Shown in pieces: positions 20,392 through 30,754 of a DNA stretch of 64,000 nt. Below the pieces are notes generated by a model that saw only the letters and a list, made by a program, of their open reading frames with translations, was not told the origin of the DNA and made no database searches. This stretch comes from a virus. Location of the stretch: the IMG/VR virus record IMGVR_UViG_3300006735_000025, positions 10,240 to 74,239 of that record; one strand, written 5' to 3'. Numbering within the stretch: the stretch's first letter is position 1; every line of letters begins with the position of its first letter. The translations under genes and the position numbers were made by a program.

Positions 20392-23300
20392 CTATAAATA
20401 AATTTCATCATCATTTTGTAATGGTATATACTTTTTAGCGTATAAATCATAAGAAGTACCACCGGGTTTTAATCCAAAATAAAAATGATAACCAGTACCT
20501 AAAGCCACTTGAGTTGTACTTTGGTCTGAAGTTATTGGTGTGGTTGGGAAACCCCATGAACTTCTATTTTGGAAATCTCCGCTAACTATTTCACCATCTA
20601 ATGTCATAAAATCACCGAACTCCCACCTGTTAATACCACCATAACCTGGACCTTGTTTATCCCATTTATAAAATGGTACTACTTGTGAAGTGTTAGATAA
20701 AAAGATATTTAAACAATCTCTAATTTCTTGACCAGACTGATTACTTGTTGTCGCTGTTGTTAAACCTACAGTTAATTGTACAGAATCATTTTGACTTACC
20801 CAAGGAATTGTAACCGACCTATCTTCCCAATAATTTTGTCCTTCTGGTAAGAAAGCCGCTGACCATTGTGCTGAACCATATGAGTGGAAACTATTGGCCC
20901 AAATTGCGGTTTGCCACATAGTTTGTGGACCTCCCTGATTAGGTGTTGCTGAACCTGGTGGAGCATAATCCCAGTTTAAATTATCCGCTGTCCAAAATAT
21001 AGTACCTGGAGGTATGTTTGGGTTTGCGTTTGGAAAACCTTGGTTATCTGGGTCATATGGTGTTGTAACATCAGCACCAAATAAGTAAATACTCCTATCG
21101 TCTGGAGATTCATACTCTACAGTACCAACCTCGTTAAATTGGGATAGTATGGATGCCATACCACCATTAAGTTCTCTTCTTCTACCGTCACCAGCAAACC
21201 AACCTGAACTTTCACTCCTCCTAAATGGTGTTCTTAAGTTTATAAGGTTCCACAACCCAAAATTAGCATCTACAATACCGTTTATAGCGTCAAACATAAA
21301 ATCACCTGGTGGTGTAAATGATGTTACACCCAAATCGTTAGCTATTGAACAACCTTCAGCCATACCACCGGTTTCTGCACATATCTCGTCAATATTTTCA
21401 ATTAGTGGACCTAAATCCATTATAGTCGTAGGTGCTAATATGTTGGCTTCGTTAGCTCCTGCTGCTGGAGTAACACTAGTAATATCCCTTATTATTGATA
21501 ATACACCCACTGGACTTAGTAAATTCCAAGCGTTAAATGAATGTGCGTCGTATGCTGCTGCCCCTTGAAATGCTCCGGTATTAGTGATTGGGTTGTATTC
21601 GTAAGGTGTGCACCTATAATAAAACTGTCTTGAGTCTGGGTGAAACACTATTAGGTCGTTACACATTTTTACTTTGAATCCAGTACTTGAGTCACTATCA
21701 GGTTTTATTTTACCTTTGAATTGGAAGGCGTATAGGAATCCTGTGACCCAGTTATTACTAAAAAAGTAATTCATTAATCCATCACACATAGACCTAAATA
21801 AGTTTTCTCTTTTTCTCCAATCAGCAATTGCAGAAACAGGACCTGGGTCGCCAGCAATTAAATCACCTAGTGCACTTAAAATATTATCCCAAGCTATATT
21901 ATAACAACCATCTTCTAAACCAACACCCGGTTGAGTTGGTCCTTGACAATCTATGTAATCTTCATTCCCACCACCATCTGGGTCGTCATCACAATTACCA
22001 TCACAACCTGGTATACAACCACCACCTCCTGCGGTAGAAAAACAACCACATTTTTCACATTCTGGGTATTTAGTGACTCTTAGATGTAAACACCCAAATA
22101 TACTACTACAACTAAAGGCTGATTGGAATGACACTTTAGTACATATACAATCAGTACACAAACAATATGAAGATACAGAACTTCCCCACTTTAAACTATA
22201 AACAACTCTACATATTACACACATAAATCCGTTTATAATACCCATAATTACACCTATAATGGCACCAATTATATCAATAACGGTACATACAAATACCATA
22301 AGAAAATATAATGCGGTATATATACCTTGTAAAAATCTAGTAATAAACTGATTCATTACTATCGCAAAATTTACATTTTTGTTTGCTGTGTTTACCGGAA
22401 ATTTAACAGCTTGACCACCACAATCATCTTCTTCTCTAGGTACTATTTCTTTTACACCTATAAAAGAATCTTTAGGTCTAGCTTTCCATTTGTTATGGAA
22501 TTGAGAAACAGCATAAGCCCTACCATAGTTAAACTCATAAAATACATCCTTACAGGCAATAATTTCACCCATATTAATAGAAGCTTCAGCATACTTAAAA
22601 TAATCTATACCAAAGTAATAAGTTGCTTTTGCAATATTTTTTATGTTTGATATAAAGGTACCACCACCTGGTACAGGTATATTAAAGTCTACCGATAAAT
22701 TGGTGTAATATTCTTTTATTTGAGGCACTAAAAATGCCGCTCTTTTTCTTTGTCTTGCACTACCTGTGGTTTGTAGTGGTTTTATTCTAAACCTATATTT
22801 TCCTTTTGTTGGTATTCCCACTGTTGGGTCTGGGGATATTTCTCTTTCACCAAATTCGTTTGTTATAACATAATCTAGATTCATAGGTACATTAATTAAA
22901 AACGCACCATTATCATCTATTGTAAACCCACCATTAATATCAAATCTTTCTAAAACTGGTATTTCCTCGATTACACCAGGATTTTGGGTAAATCCTGTTG
23001 GTCTAGCTTCCATTTTCCAAAAAGGTGTAAACCTTACTGACTCTATTGTTCCAGCTTGTGGTGTTAAACTACACAACTCACCCATTTGTCTTCTAGGTTT
23101 ACAATTTTTGTTTACTGAATTTTTTTCTGTGTCGGAAGCTAAAGACCCCATAAATGGTGAGGTAGGTTTTATTTCTATAGCTCCAGCTTCTCTTAAATCA
23201 AAATCTGCTCTAGTAATCGATGCTCCACAACCTGATTCGTCATCACCCCATAATGGTCTAACATCTATAGATTTGGACATCATTATAATTTGTGGTAACG

Positions 23301-23919
23301 AATCTAAATTAGAACCTGTTTTAAATGAAGCTCCATTAAAATCACTTTCTGAAAATCCCTGTAATTTAAAATCTTCAGGTACCATAGAAAAACAACCAAT
23401 ATCTGATAAATCTACATTCATGATTAATGATTGTTCACCTAATGGTGCTCCATAAATCATAAAATCACCAGCATCATTAGTTTTAGCTGTGTATTTATAA
23501 TATTTTTTATAAACATAACTAACGGTTGGTGTTAAAAGAATTTCATCTACATCTGGAAAACTACCCGTTGGTAGGTGTCCTGTATAACTTGGTGAGGTAG
23601 GTAATAAATTATATCTATAACCAGCTTCATTTCTAGAATTTTGTGTTTTATAGGGGTAAAGTGCTTTTACTTTTGGGTTTTGTTCGTCAGTCTCATCTAG
23701 TGGTATAAAAATAGATATTTTAGCATTTGGTAATCCGAAACCACCATTTATTATAACTCTACCACAAACAACACCGAACTCTGAACAGTCTTTTGGGTAT
23801 ACATCAGTTTGGTGTAAATTTAAACTTAAAATTTCTAATAAATCAAAATCTTGGTTTAGGTCAAAGGTTACTTCTTTGTCAACACCTATTTCAGTTCTTA
23901 TTCTTAATTTTTTTAGCAT
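20392..23919 (-). CDS. Large baseplate-region protein with a carboxypeptidase-regulatory-like N-terminal domain, a long hydrophobic segment and a Cys cluster
   Basis: GRVIINGGFGLPNAKISI...TNDAGDFMIYGAPLG resembles CarboxypepD_reg-like beta-sandwiches. A hydrophobic stretch of about 45 aa lies at 22198-22347. Confidence 0.55.
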   Translation of the reverse strand: MLKKLRIRTEIGVDKEVTFDLNQDFDLLEILSLNLHQTDVYPKDCSEFGVVCGRVIINGGFGLPNAKISIFIPLDETDEQNPKVKALYPYKTQNSRNEAGYRYNLLPTSPSYTGHLPTGSFPDVDEILLTPTVSYVYKKYYKYTAKTNDAGDFMIYGAPLGEQSLIMNVDLSDIGCFSMVPEDFKLQGFSESDFNGASFKTGSNLDSLPQIIMMSKSIDVRPLWGDDESGCGASITRADFDLREAGAIEIKPTSPFMGSLASDTEKNSVNKNCKPRRQMGELCSLTPQAGTIESVRFTPFWKMEARPTGFTQNPGVIEEIPVLERFDINGGFTIDDNGAFLINVPMNLDYVITNEFGEREISPDPTVGIPTKGKYRFRIKPLQTTGSARQRKRAAFLVPQIKEYYTNLSVDFNIPVPGGGTFISNIKNIAKATYYFGIDYFKYAEASINMGEIIACKDVFYEFNYGRAYAVSQFHNKWKARPKDSFIGVKEIVPREEDDCGGQAVKFPVNTANKNVNFAIVMNQFITRFLQGIYTALYFLMVFVCTVIDIIGAIIGVIMGIINGFMCVICRVVYSLKWGSSVSSYCLCTDCICTKVSFQSAFSCSSIFGCLHLRVTKYPECEKCGCFSTAGGGGCIPGCDGNCDDDPDGGGNEDYIDCQGPTQPGVGLEDGCYNIAWDNILSALGDLIAGDPGPVSAIADWRKRENLFRSMCDGLMNYFFSNNWVTGFLYAFQFKGKIKPDSDSSTGFKVKMCNDLIVFHPDSRQFYYRCTPYEYNPITNTGAFQGAAAYDAHSFNAWNLLSPVGVLSIIRDITSVTPAAGANEANILAPTTIMDLGPLIENIDEICAETGGMAEGCSIANDLGVTSFTPPGDFMFDAINGIVDANFGLWNLINLRTPFRRSESSGWFAGDGRRRELNGGMASILSQFNEVGTVEYESPDDRSIYLFGADVTTPYDPDNQGFPNANPNIPPGTIFWTADNLNWDYAPPGSATPNQGGPQTMWQTAIWANSFHSYGSAQWSAAFLPEGQNYWEDRSVTIPWVSQNDSVQLTVGLTTATTSNQSGQEIRDCLNIFLSNTSQVVPFYKWDKQGPGYGGINRWEFGDFMTLDGEIVSGDFQNRSSWGFPTTPITSDQSTTQVALGTGYHFYFGLKPGGTSYDLYAKKYIPLQNDDEIYL

Positions 23920-23992
23920 TAGATGAGTTTATATGATAAATACTTCTTATTGTAAAATCAAAAATACACTTTCAAACAAATTATGTAAATAA

Positions 23993-25849
23993 TTAGGAGA
24001 AGTTTGGTCTATCTATTTGTTTTACTCTAACACGTATATCAACATCTGGATATCTAATTTGTGGCATTTCGTCAGGTAAAAAGAATAATGTTTGGTCTAC
24101 TAGATTTATTCTATTATTATTTGGGTTTGTTGATGATATAGCCATATATGGTTGTGAAGTTTGTGAATCAGAGTAAGTACCCCCAAACTCATTTAAAACT
24201 CTAATGTCTATAACATTTAAAACACCTGGTTGTTCAGATACTTTACCGTATAATTGACTTAAACTAATAGTTTCACCTAACTCATTCGAGTCTATGTTAA
24301 AGAAATCTTTAACTGTACTAATAACATTACCTACAACTTGACTTTGATTTACATCATTTGTTATAACAACATCCACATCTAAACTAATATCAATAACTTT
24401 TGCCGATGTAACTTCTATATAATCATTTAACATCCTATAATTAGAAAGGTATTCAGCTATATTATTTTTAAGTGAGGAACTTACGTTTGATGTTAATGAA
24501 CCTTCTGGTGAATAAGATAGTAGACTAACTTTTACTTTATTTTCTACTTCTGTAACACCAACTTTTGCTGCAGCTCCAAAATGAGCCGGCATAGTCCTAA
24601 TTCTAGCTACATAATCATTTATAGTTACAGCTCTATTCTGTGCTGCAAAATTAAAAGTTACGTAATTTCTAACTTCTTCAGTCGACATTTGGTCATCACC
24701 ACCTATTGCTGATGTTACATTAGTAACTTGTAAACTATTGGATACGCTACTGTTTATTAAAGACACTGGACCGGATACAACAAAATCTATAACACCTAAA
24801 GAATTTATAGCTCCAGCACCTAAATTTGAAGCTTTACCACCACCGACTCTATATTGTATAAAAAGTGTAGTATTTCCTTTAACAGCTGAACCTAAAGAAA
24901 TATTATTCATAAATTTATTTAGGTTAACATTAACACCATACTTTGAAAATTCGTCTAATAGGTTTTGTGACCTGTTATTACCACTACCAAACGTTAAAAA
25001 AAAGAAACCTTCAGGTGTAAATTCACTAACAAATCTTGTATCGGTACTAATATATTTTCCAACCTTCATACCTGGTTCGTCAGCGGGAGTACTAGGGTCT
25101 ATTTCAAAAATTTCAGATTCAGCTAACGCTTGTACTTCATACCATTTATTGTCATTAGCTGTTATAAACTCTAGTGATGAAGGTAATGTTGTATAACCTA
25201 AACCTTCTTTTTGTATTACGGATGTAACCCCTAATACGTTTCTTTCTGGTAAAAATAATTTAAAGAATGGCTTACTGTCTATATCTGTTATTTCTTTTTT
25301 AAATATTTTAGTGACTCCGTTTACTACAACTTCTCTTTTAGTTATTGTGTAATTTTGTATAACACCATTAGCGTTTAAATTAGGAATTTTTGTCCTGTTT
25401 ACAACACCTTCAACATTATAGGGTGAAGAAAAATCACAATCATTTGATAGTTCAAATACTTGACCACCACCTCTTACTTGAGCCCCTCTTCTTAAAAAAC
25501 CTAAATAACGAGCATCTTCTTTATCCCCTCTAGCTGGTACTACTATTGAGAAGTCACATAAAGTTATAGATGGTCTATTTCCTGGTATTTTTAAACCGTA
25601 AGTTCTAGCTATATTAAAAATAGAACTTCTTTCTTGTGCAAAATTTAATACTGTTTCCTGTAAACTTCTATCAATATTAAAATGTAAGTTATCAGCTACT
25701 GCCGCATTTAAATCTAAAAAAACTGAATATATTGACGAATCGTTAGCGTTTTTAATTAGGTCTGGATAGTATATATTAGTTAATCTTAGTAGTTCATTTC
25801 TTAAACCTAGAAAATCTCTTTCTGTGTAAGCTATTTTTTTCTCTGCCAT
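23993..25849 (-). CDS. Baseplate wedge subunit (T4 gp6 / baseplate J-like)
   Basis: YTERDFLGLRNEL start, AQERSSIFNIARTYG, FLTFGSG, YRVGGG, AIGGDD...AQNRAVTINDY. Adjacent to a gp25-like gene. Confidence 0.85.
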   Translation of the reverse strand: MAEKKIAYTERDFLGLRNELLRLTNIYYPDLIKNANDSSIYSVFLDLNAAVADNLHFNIDRSLQETVLNFAQERSSIFNIARTYGLKIPGNRPSITLCDFSIVVPARGDKEDARYLGFLRRGAQVRGGGQVFELSNDCDFSSPYNVEGVVNRTKIPNLNANGVIQNYTITKREVVVNGVTKIFKKEITDIDSKPFFKLFLPERNVLGVTSVIQKEGLGYTTLPSSLEFITANDNKWYEVQALAESEIFEIDPSTPADEPGMKVGKYISTDTRFVSEFTPEGFFFLTFGSGNNRSQNLLDEFSKYGVNVNLNKFMNNISLGSAVKGNTTLFIQYRVGGGKASNLGAGAINSLGVIDFVVSGPVSLINSSVSNSLQVTNVTSAIGGDDQMSTEEVRNYVTFNFAAQNRAVTINDYVARIRTMPAHFGAAAKVGVTEVENKVKVSLLSYSPEGSLTSNVSSSLKNNIAEYLSNYRMLNDYIEVTSAKVIDISLDVDVVITNDVNQSQVVGNVISTVKDFFNIDSNELGETISLSQLYGKVSEQPGVLNVIDIRVLNEFGGTYSDSQTSQPYMAISSTNPNNNRINLVDQTLFFLPDEMPQIRYPDVDIRVRVKQIDRPNFS

Positions 25850-25850
25850 A

Positions 25851-26357
25851 TTATAAATTTATAATAATAAAGTCTCTAGTACCAAAGACATCATCTTTTA
25901 TGCTATAATCAATAAAGATTTTAGCTGTATATTCTTCCGTACCATCACCAGCAACCCTATAAATCCTATCATCTAAATCGGTATCTATTTCACTAGCTTT
26001 AGAAGCTATAGATGGGTGATTGGAATCATTAATATTTTTTTCGTTTTTCCTAACATCTTCTAAATTTTCGATTTTTATTTCATTTACTATAATATTAGGT
26101 ACGTATTTTTTTATGACATCCCTAAGTTCGGAATCTATAGCTTGGAAAGTAGTACTGTCTAGTGGTTCAAAAATATATTCATATAGTCTTGTACCAAAAT
26201 CTGGTAAAAAGTATCTAGAACCTTTTCTTGTTAATATAAGGTGTATTAAATCAGCTTTTGTCTCTTCCGCGACTGTGGTTGTTGTTTTTAAAAAAAATCC
26301 ACTATCACTGTCTTGAAAGGGAAAAGCTATACCATATCTTTCTCTAGCTATTGTCAT
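25851..26357 (-). CDS. Baseplate wedge subunit / sheath initiator (T4 gp25 / gpW-like)
   Basis: GIAFPF...LILTRKGSRYFLPDFGTRLYEYIFEP is the GPW_gp25 signature. Confidence 0.9.
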   Translation of the reverse strand: MTIARERYGIAFPFQDSDSGFFLKTTTTVAEETKADLIHLILTRKGSRYFLPDFGTRLYEYIFEPLDSTTFQAIDSELRDVIKKYVPNIIVNEIKIENLEDVRKNEKNINDSNHPSIASKASEIDTDLDDRIYRVAGDGTEEYTAKIFIDYSIKDDVFGTRDFIIINL

Positions 26358-26381
26358 ATTAAATAAATACTATAGTTTAGA

Positions 26382-26591
26382 TTATCTATTAACTCTTTGA
26401 AACATCCCCTCTAGAATTTCTTCTATTGCTGATATTACGGCGTACTCGTCATTACCCCAGTTAGATTTATGACGTTCGATAAGTCTTTCAACAATATATT
26501 TAACATCCTTGTCTAGTAATTCCCATTTTCTATCATCTTGGGGTTGCCAATACGACTCTTCTCTTAATATTTTTTTAATCAGGTTTTTCAT
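26382..26591 (-). CDS. Small hypothetical protein with a propeptide-like N-terminus
   Basis: Likely start at 26591 (MKNLIKKILREE), a few nt after a TATTTATA motif. The ORF track start at 26609 is probably too far upstream. Confidence 0.55.
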   Translation of the reverse strand: MKNLIKKILREESYWQPQDDRKWELLDKDVKYIVERLIERHKSNWGNDEYAVISAIEEILEGMFQRVNR

Positions 26592-26814
26592 TATTAATAT
26601 AAATATCACTTCTAAGTTCTTTATTTAACTTAAGGTGTGATGGCCAAAAAGGACAGTGTCTACAACCACTACCACAACAACTACCTCTTTTTATATGATA
26701 CTCCTCTGTCATTACCATAGTACCATTTTCCCAATAAAAATCTTTTGGTTGTAATTTTGGTTTTAAAAATTCTTTATAGTGTAGTTCACTAATCCAATCA
26801 TCATTTCTTTTCAT
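26575..26814 (-). CDS. DUF5522-family small Cys-rich protein
   Basis: FYWENGTMVMTEEYHIKRGSCCGSGCRHCPF matches the DUF5522 pattern RGxCCGxGCRHCP. Confidence 0.8.
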   Translation of the reverse strand: MKRNDDWISELHYKEFLKPKLQPKDFYWENGTMVMTEEYHIKRGSCCGSGCRHCPFWPSHLKLNKELRSDIYINNEKPD

Positions 26815-26995
26815 TATCTATCTCTTTTATTTCTTCTTTGTGTCCACAGTATGGACATGTTATTAACATAGATACCTTTTTTTCATTTTCTGGTACATTA
26901 TTAGAAAACAAATGGTAGTCAGCAATTGACCACCATTTGTTACATTTACCACAATTAAAGTGATATAATATTTCTTTACTAAATTTGTGTTTCAC
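26801..26995 (-). CDS. Small zinc-ribbon protein
   Basis: CGKC...CPYC pair. Overlaps nrdJ and the DUF5522 gene. Confidence 0.6.
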   Translation of the reverse strand: MKHKFSKEILYHFNCGKCNKWWSIADYHLFSNNVPENEKKVSMLITCPYCGHKEEIKEIDNEKK

Positions 26996-28898
26996 TTAGT
27001 TCAGTTTCTTTTCCATTTTTTTCTAAAGATTTTAAATCGACATCAATTTCACATTGACCACCTGAACAAGCTAATTCACCAGATAAATCTGTATTATCAT
27101 CTAACTCCACAACTTTAGTTAAGTCTACATTAGTTAATGATTTCATCATTTCTTCATATTTTTCTTTAGTAATATCCTCAAATGGTGCCTGAGTATATGT
27201 ACCACCATTATAAGGTAGTACAGATAATCCATTATAATGTTTTCTATTTTCCCACATCCATTCACCAGCTGAATCCCATTCGTTTTCTCTTAATGAAATA
27301 GTTGCTGATACGTTGTGTGAGTTTGAACCTTTTCTGTGCCCACTTCTAACCCACTCTGTAGCAATTTTTTTAACTCTCTCTAACAAATCAAAAGGAGATT
27401 CCGTTCTCATAATTGCACCTTTTGGGGCTTTTTGTGGGACAGATATTACTGCGGTATCATGTGGTCTAAAATATTCATCTTCAACCAATTCTGGGTGGTT
27501 TAATTTTAAGTAAGTATAAATAGCTTCATTCTTACCAACTCTAACTCTTCTAATATAATAATCATTATGCCATGCATGAATACCTGATGATGTACCTAGA
27601 GTTAATGAAGTTGTACCAGCTGGTTTAACTGTTGTTGTTCTAGCTGCTGCATTTATACCTAGTAATTTAGAAACTCTTGTGTTTTCTCTTTTAACTAAAC
27701 TTGCAGCTTTTTTAGTGTCATAATTAAGTACTTTACCAGAACCAATCCCAGTCATAGACACACCAATAAGAGCATCTTTTTCTGTAGTTTCTCTCCAAAC
27801 GTCTCTTAAATAATGAAATGAAGTGTATCCAGCTTGTAACGTCCCGATAAAAGCCGCGACTTTAACTCTTTCATTTAGGTCTTCTTGTGATTCGATGTTT
27901 GAAACGTTCACTTCACAAAGGTTACAGAACTGATATGGTCTTAATGCTATTTCACAACACGGATTGGTTCCCCAATCTTTATCATTGTTCAGATAGATTC
28001 CTGGTTCACCAGAATTAGATAATTCAACTCTTTTCCACAAGTCCATAAAAAACTCTTTGGTTATTTTATGTCTCATTAATACAGCAGAGTTATTAGCCCT
28101 ACCTCTTTGTGGGTTTAATTCCCACCAATTACCAGCTTTACAACCAATCATAAGGTCATCATCAGCTGAAAATAAACTAATTAAAGCAGCTCTTCTAATG
28201 CCTCCAGCTAATACCGCATCAGCTATGTAACAAACTATATCATGAACTTCAATTGTTGTAAGTCGTTCACCATTTTCTTTACCAGATAAAATACCTTCAA
28301 CTTTAACTAAACATTCTTTAAGAGGTTGTGGTCCAGGAGCTTTTCCTCCTGACGTTATTAACCTTGCTCCCTTTGCTCTAATATCAGAATAATCAAATTC
28401 TATTCTAGAACCACCACCATTCATATAGGATTTCATAAGAACTTTAATAGAATCTGCCCACCCTTCAATTGAATCTCCAATTAAAAATCTTCTTTTTCTT
28501 TTTGGGTATGGTTTTTGTATAACTGGTAATTTTGCTACATGGTGTTTTTGGACCGAATATCCAACACCAGTTCCACCTAGTAATAGGAACATACATTCAC
28601 TAAATGAATCAATATGGTCAATTGGCATGTACGCACAATTATAAATTCTATTTGGAGATATCTCAATCGGTTTACCACCGAATTGCATTGACCTCATAGA
28701 TGGTAATACTTTTTTATCATAAACTAGTTTGTATTTATCCTCTATTTCATTTTTTAAATTTGGGTATTTTTTAATGTGCATATTTTTATTCCTAGTAACT
28801 AACTCTTCCCAAGTTTCTCGTCTTTCTAGTTCTGGTAGATATTTTGCGTACTTCATGTAGACAGTAATATCCGATAAAATTTTGTTCGAAATTTCCAT
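26979..28898 (-). CDS. nrdJ: Class II (adenosylcobalamin-dependent) ribonucleotide reductase
   Basis: RRETWEE, PSMRSMQFGG, YNCAY, GTGVGYS, TNPCCEI active-site loop, VKPAGT, YTQAPFE and C-terminal ACSGGQCE. No adjacent beta-subunit gene. Confidence 0.9.
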   Translation of the reverse strand: MEISNKILSDITVYMKYAKYLPELERRETWEELVTRNKNMHIKKYPNLKNEIEDKYKLVYDKKVLPSMRSMQFGGKPIEISPNRIYNCAYMPIDHIDSFSECMFLLLGGTGVGYSVQKHHVAKLPVIQKPYPKRKRRFLIGDSIEGWADSIKVLMKSYMNGGGSRIEFDYSDIRAKGARLITSGGKAPGPQPLKECLVKVEGILSGKENGERLTTIEVHDIVCYIADAVLAGGIRRAALISLFSADDDLMIGCKAGNWWELNPQRGRANNSAVLMRHKITKEFFMDLWKRVELSNSGEPGIYLNNDKDWGTNPCCEIALRPYQFCNLCEVNVSNIESQEDLNERVKVAAFIGTLQAGYTSFHYLRDVWRETTEKDALIGVSMTGIGSGKVLNYDTKKAASLVKRENTRVSKLLGINAAARTTTVKPAGTTSLTLGTSSGIHAWHNDYYIRRVRVGKNEAIYTYLKLNHPELVEDEYFRPHDTAVISVPQKAPKGAIMRTESPFDLLERVKKIATEWVRSGHRKGSNSHNVSATISLRENEWDSAGEWMWENRKHYNGLSVLPYNGGTYTQAPFEDITKEKYEEMMKSLTNVDLTKVVELDDNTDLSGELACSGGQCEIDVDLKSLEKNGKETELSETQI

Positions 28899-28914
28899 AT
28901 TTTTTATTTTTATT

Positions 28915-30288
28915 TTATTTATTTAATATTTTTTCTCTTCTTTCTAGAGCATCCATAACTCTTTTTCGGTTTCTTTGTGTTTTGTCTTCTTCAAAACCTA
29001 AGAAGGTTTGTGTAGATTCAGTATTAATTTCCAATGTAGCATTATTAAATGTACAATTTTCAAATATAATACCATCTTGACCTAATCTAGACTTAGTTAT
29101 AGCGATAGTAGCCAAACCAAGTTCTTTTTGTTGTAGTGTTTTTGCCACTGAAATTATGACATGTCCAACTTGAGCTTTCTTTATTGACCCACCCATTTGG
29201 TCAGTAGTAACCACTTCAGATGAAATAGAAGACCTATTACCTTGTGCGGCGGTCCAACCTACTAGATTCAACTCATGGCACATACCTTCAAATTTTCTCA
29301 TAACTGAACCTTCACCCTTCCACTCATCATTATAACTTCTATCCGGTATCACACAATCTATATAGTCTAAGACAACAATATCTAAATTTGTACCTTCTGC
29401 TGTTATTTTTCTAATTTGGTTTTTAATTTGTGCAATGGTAAACTCATCTGAGGCTAACTTTTTCAATATTAGTTTACCACCATTTGTTTTCATTTCATCA
29501 GCCTTTGAGAGTACTTTTTCTTTATTGTCACTTAGTTTTTGAGGTTCTATCCCCGTCCAACAGGTAAAGTGCTTTCTTTGTATGATTTTAGGGTTGTCTT
29601 CAAAAAATATTTGTAACACGTTATACCCCATATTAAAAGCTGTATTAGCGAACCTTGTTAGTATTGTAGTCTTACCTACACCGGTAGGTGCTAATATCAC
29701 ACCCAACTCTCCTTTTGCCAACCCACCATTTAATAAATTGTCGATGCCGTCTATCCCAGTAGGGATTGGGTGTCTATAATCATCTTTTAAAACATCTTCT
29801 AAATTTTGGAAAACTTCAACAGTACCTTCATCACCTTCACCAATACTGATGGCTTCTCTTATATACTCTTCACATAAATCATAACTTTCAAAGTCACCCT
29901 TTTCTAAAATAGTTTCTACTTTTCTAATAGCTTTTTTTAATTCTTGTTGTTTACAAAATTTTATTGTTTTTTCTTTTATAAACAAATGGTCTTCAAAAGA
30001 AGCCTCTTTTATATCCCTTAACATATCAATAACACACTTTTTAGCCATTTCAGAAGAAATTTCTAATTGTGTTAATTGTTCTATACCTTCAAAAGATGGA
30101 ATACTATGGTACTTTTCGTGATATTCTTTCATCATTTGCATAATTAATTTAAAGTATTGATTGTCAAAATATTTTGACTGTATACTATCAATTATAGATT
30201 GTGCAAACAATTTATCAGTAATAATTAGATTTAGTATTTTTAGTTGGAAGTTGTATCCTAGGTATCCAAAATTTTCGGTATTTGTCAT
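28915..30288 (-). CDS. dnaB: Replicative DNA helicase (DnaB / T4 gp41-like)
   Basis: IPTGIDGIDNLLNGGL, Walker A APTGVGKT, VLDYID, TAAQGNR, KSRLG. Confidence 0.9.
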   Translation of the reverse strand: MTNTENFGYLGYNFQLKILNLIITDKLFAQSIIDSIQSKYFDNQYFKLIMQMMKEYHEKYHSIPSFEGIEQLTQLEISSEMAKKCVIDMLRDIKEASFEDHLFIKEKTIKFCKQQELKKAIRKVETILEKGDFESYDLCEEYIREAISIGEGDEGTVEVFQNLEDVLKDDYRHPIPTGIDGIDNLLNGGLAKGELGVILAPTGVGKTTILTRFANTAFNMGYNVLQIFFEDNPKIIQRKHFTCWTGIEPQKLSDNKEKVLSKADEMKTNGGKLILKKLASDEFTIAQIKNQIRKITAEGTNLDIVVLDYIDCVIPDRSYNDEWKGEGSVMRKFEGMCHELNLVGWTAAQGNRSSISSEVVTTDQMGGSIKKAQVGHVIISVAKTLQQKELGLATIAITKSRLGQDGIIFENCTFNNATLEINTESTQTFLGFEEDKTQRNRKRVMDALERREKILNK

Positions 30289-30324
30289 ATAATGTTGTTT
30301 AGAAATAAATATTAAAATTACTAT

Positions 30325-30753
30325 TTAAAGTTGTTTATCTAGGTAGTAACAATATGGTTTTCTGTCTGACAAAACGTCAGTTAACTCTCTAAGTATGTAA
30401 GAAATTTGTGGTCTAATATCTACAGAAAATTTTACTTTAGGTGGATAAATGTCGGCAGGGAAAATTCTTTGCATAATTAAATGATTTCCTTTTTTAATAG
30501 TTATCGTAAAATACTCTTTTTCTTCCTGTAATTTTGACACATCTTCTTTATAAAATTCATCAATAATATCTATAGTTTTTAAAATTAACTCATGATTTAT
30601 AATATCTTTTATGTATTTAACAGTTTCATAAAGGTCAATTGACTTTATAGTTTTTGGGTTGTGATTTCTTACTGTAAAAAATCTTTGGCATATAATATTA
30701 TCTTTTATTGATAATACGAATTCAAACTTTTCTTTTTCTTCAAATTGTTTCAT
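30325..30753 (-). CDS. Hypothetical protein (142 aa)
   Basis: Fits tightly between the exonuclease and helicase genes on the same strand. Confidence 0.55.
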   Translation of the reverse strand: MKQFEEKEKFEFVLSIKDNIICQRFFTVRNHNPKTIKSIDLYETVKYIKDIINHELILKTIDIIDEFYKEDVSKLQEEKEYFTITIKKGNHLIMQRIFPADIYPPKVKFSVDIRPQISYILRELTDVLSDRKPYCYYLDKQL

Positions 30754-30754
30754 T

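Noticed and set aside
20389-20394. In-frame TAG-ATG junction suggesting amber recoding
   Set aside because: Conserved genes are full length under the standard code and TAG ends several genes at sensible positions (11446, 18667, 48362), so there is no evidence of reassignment.
26979-30288. Inteins or introns in nrdJ or dnaB
   Set aside because: Both ORFs are of normal length with contiguous motifs and no splice-junction signatures.
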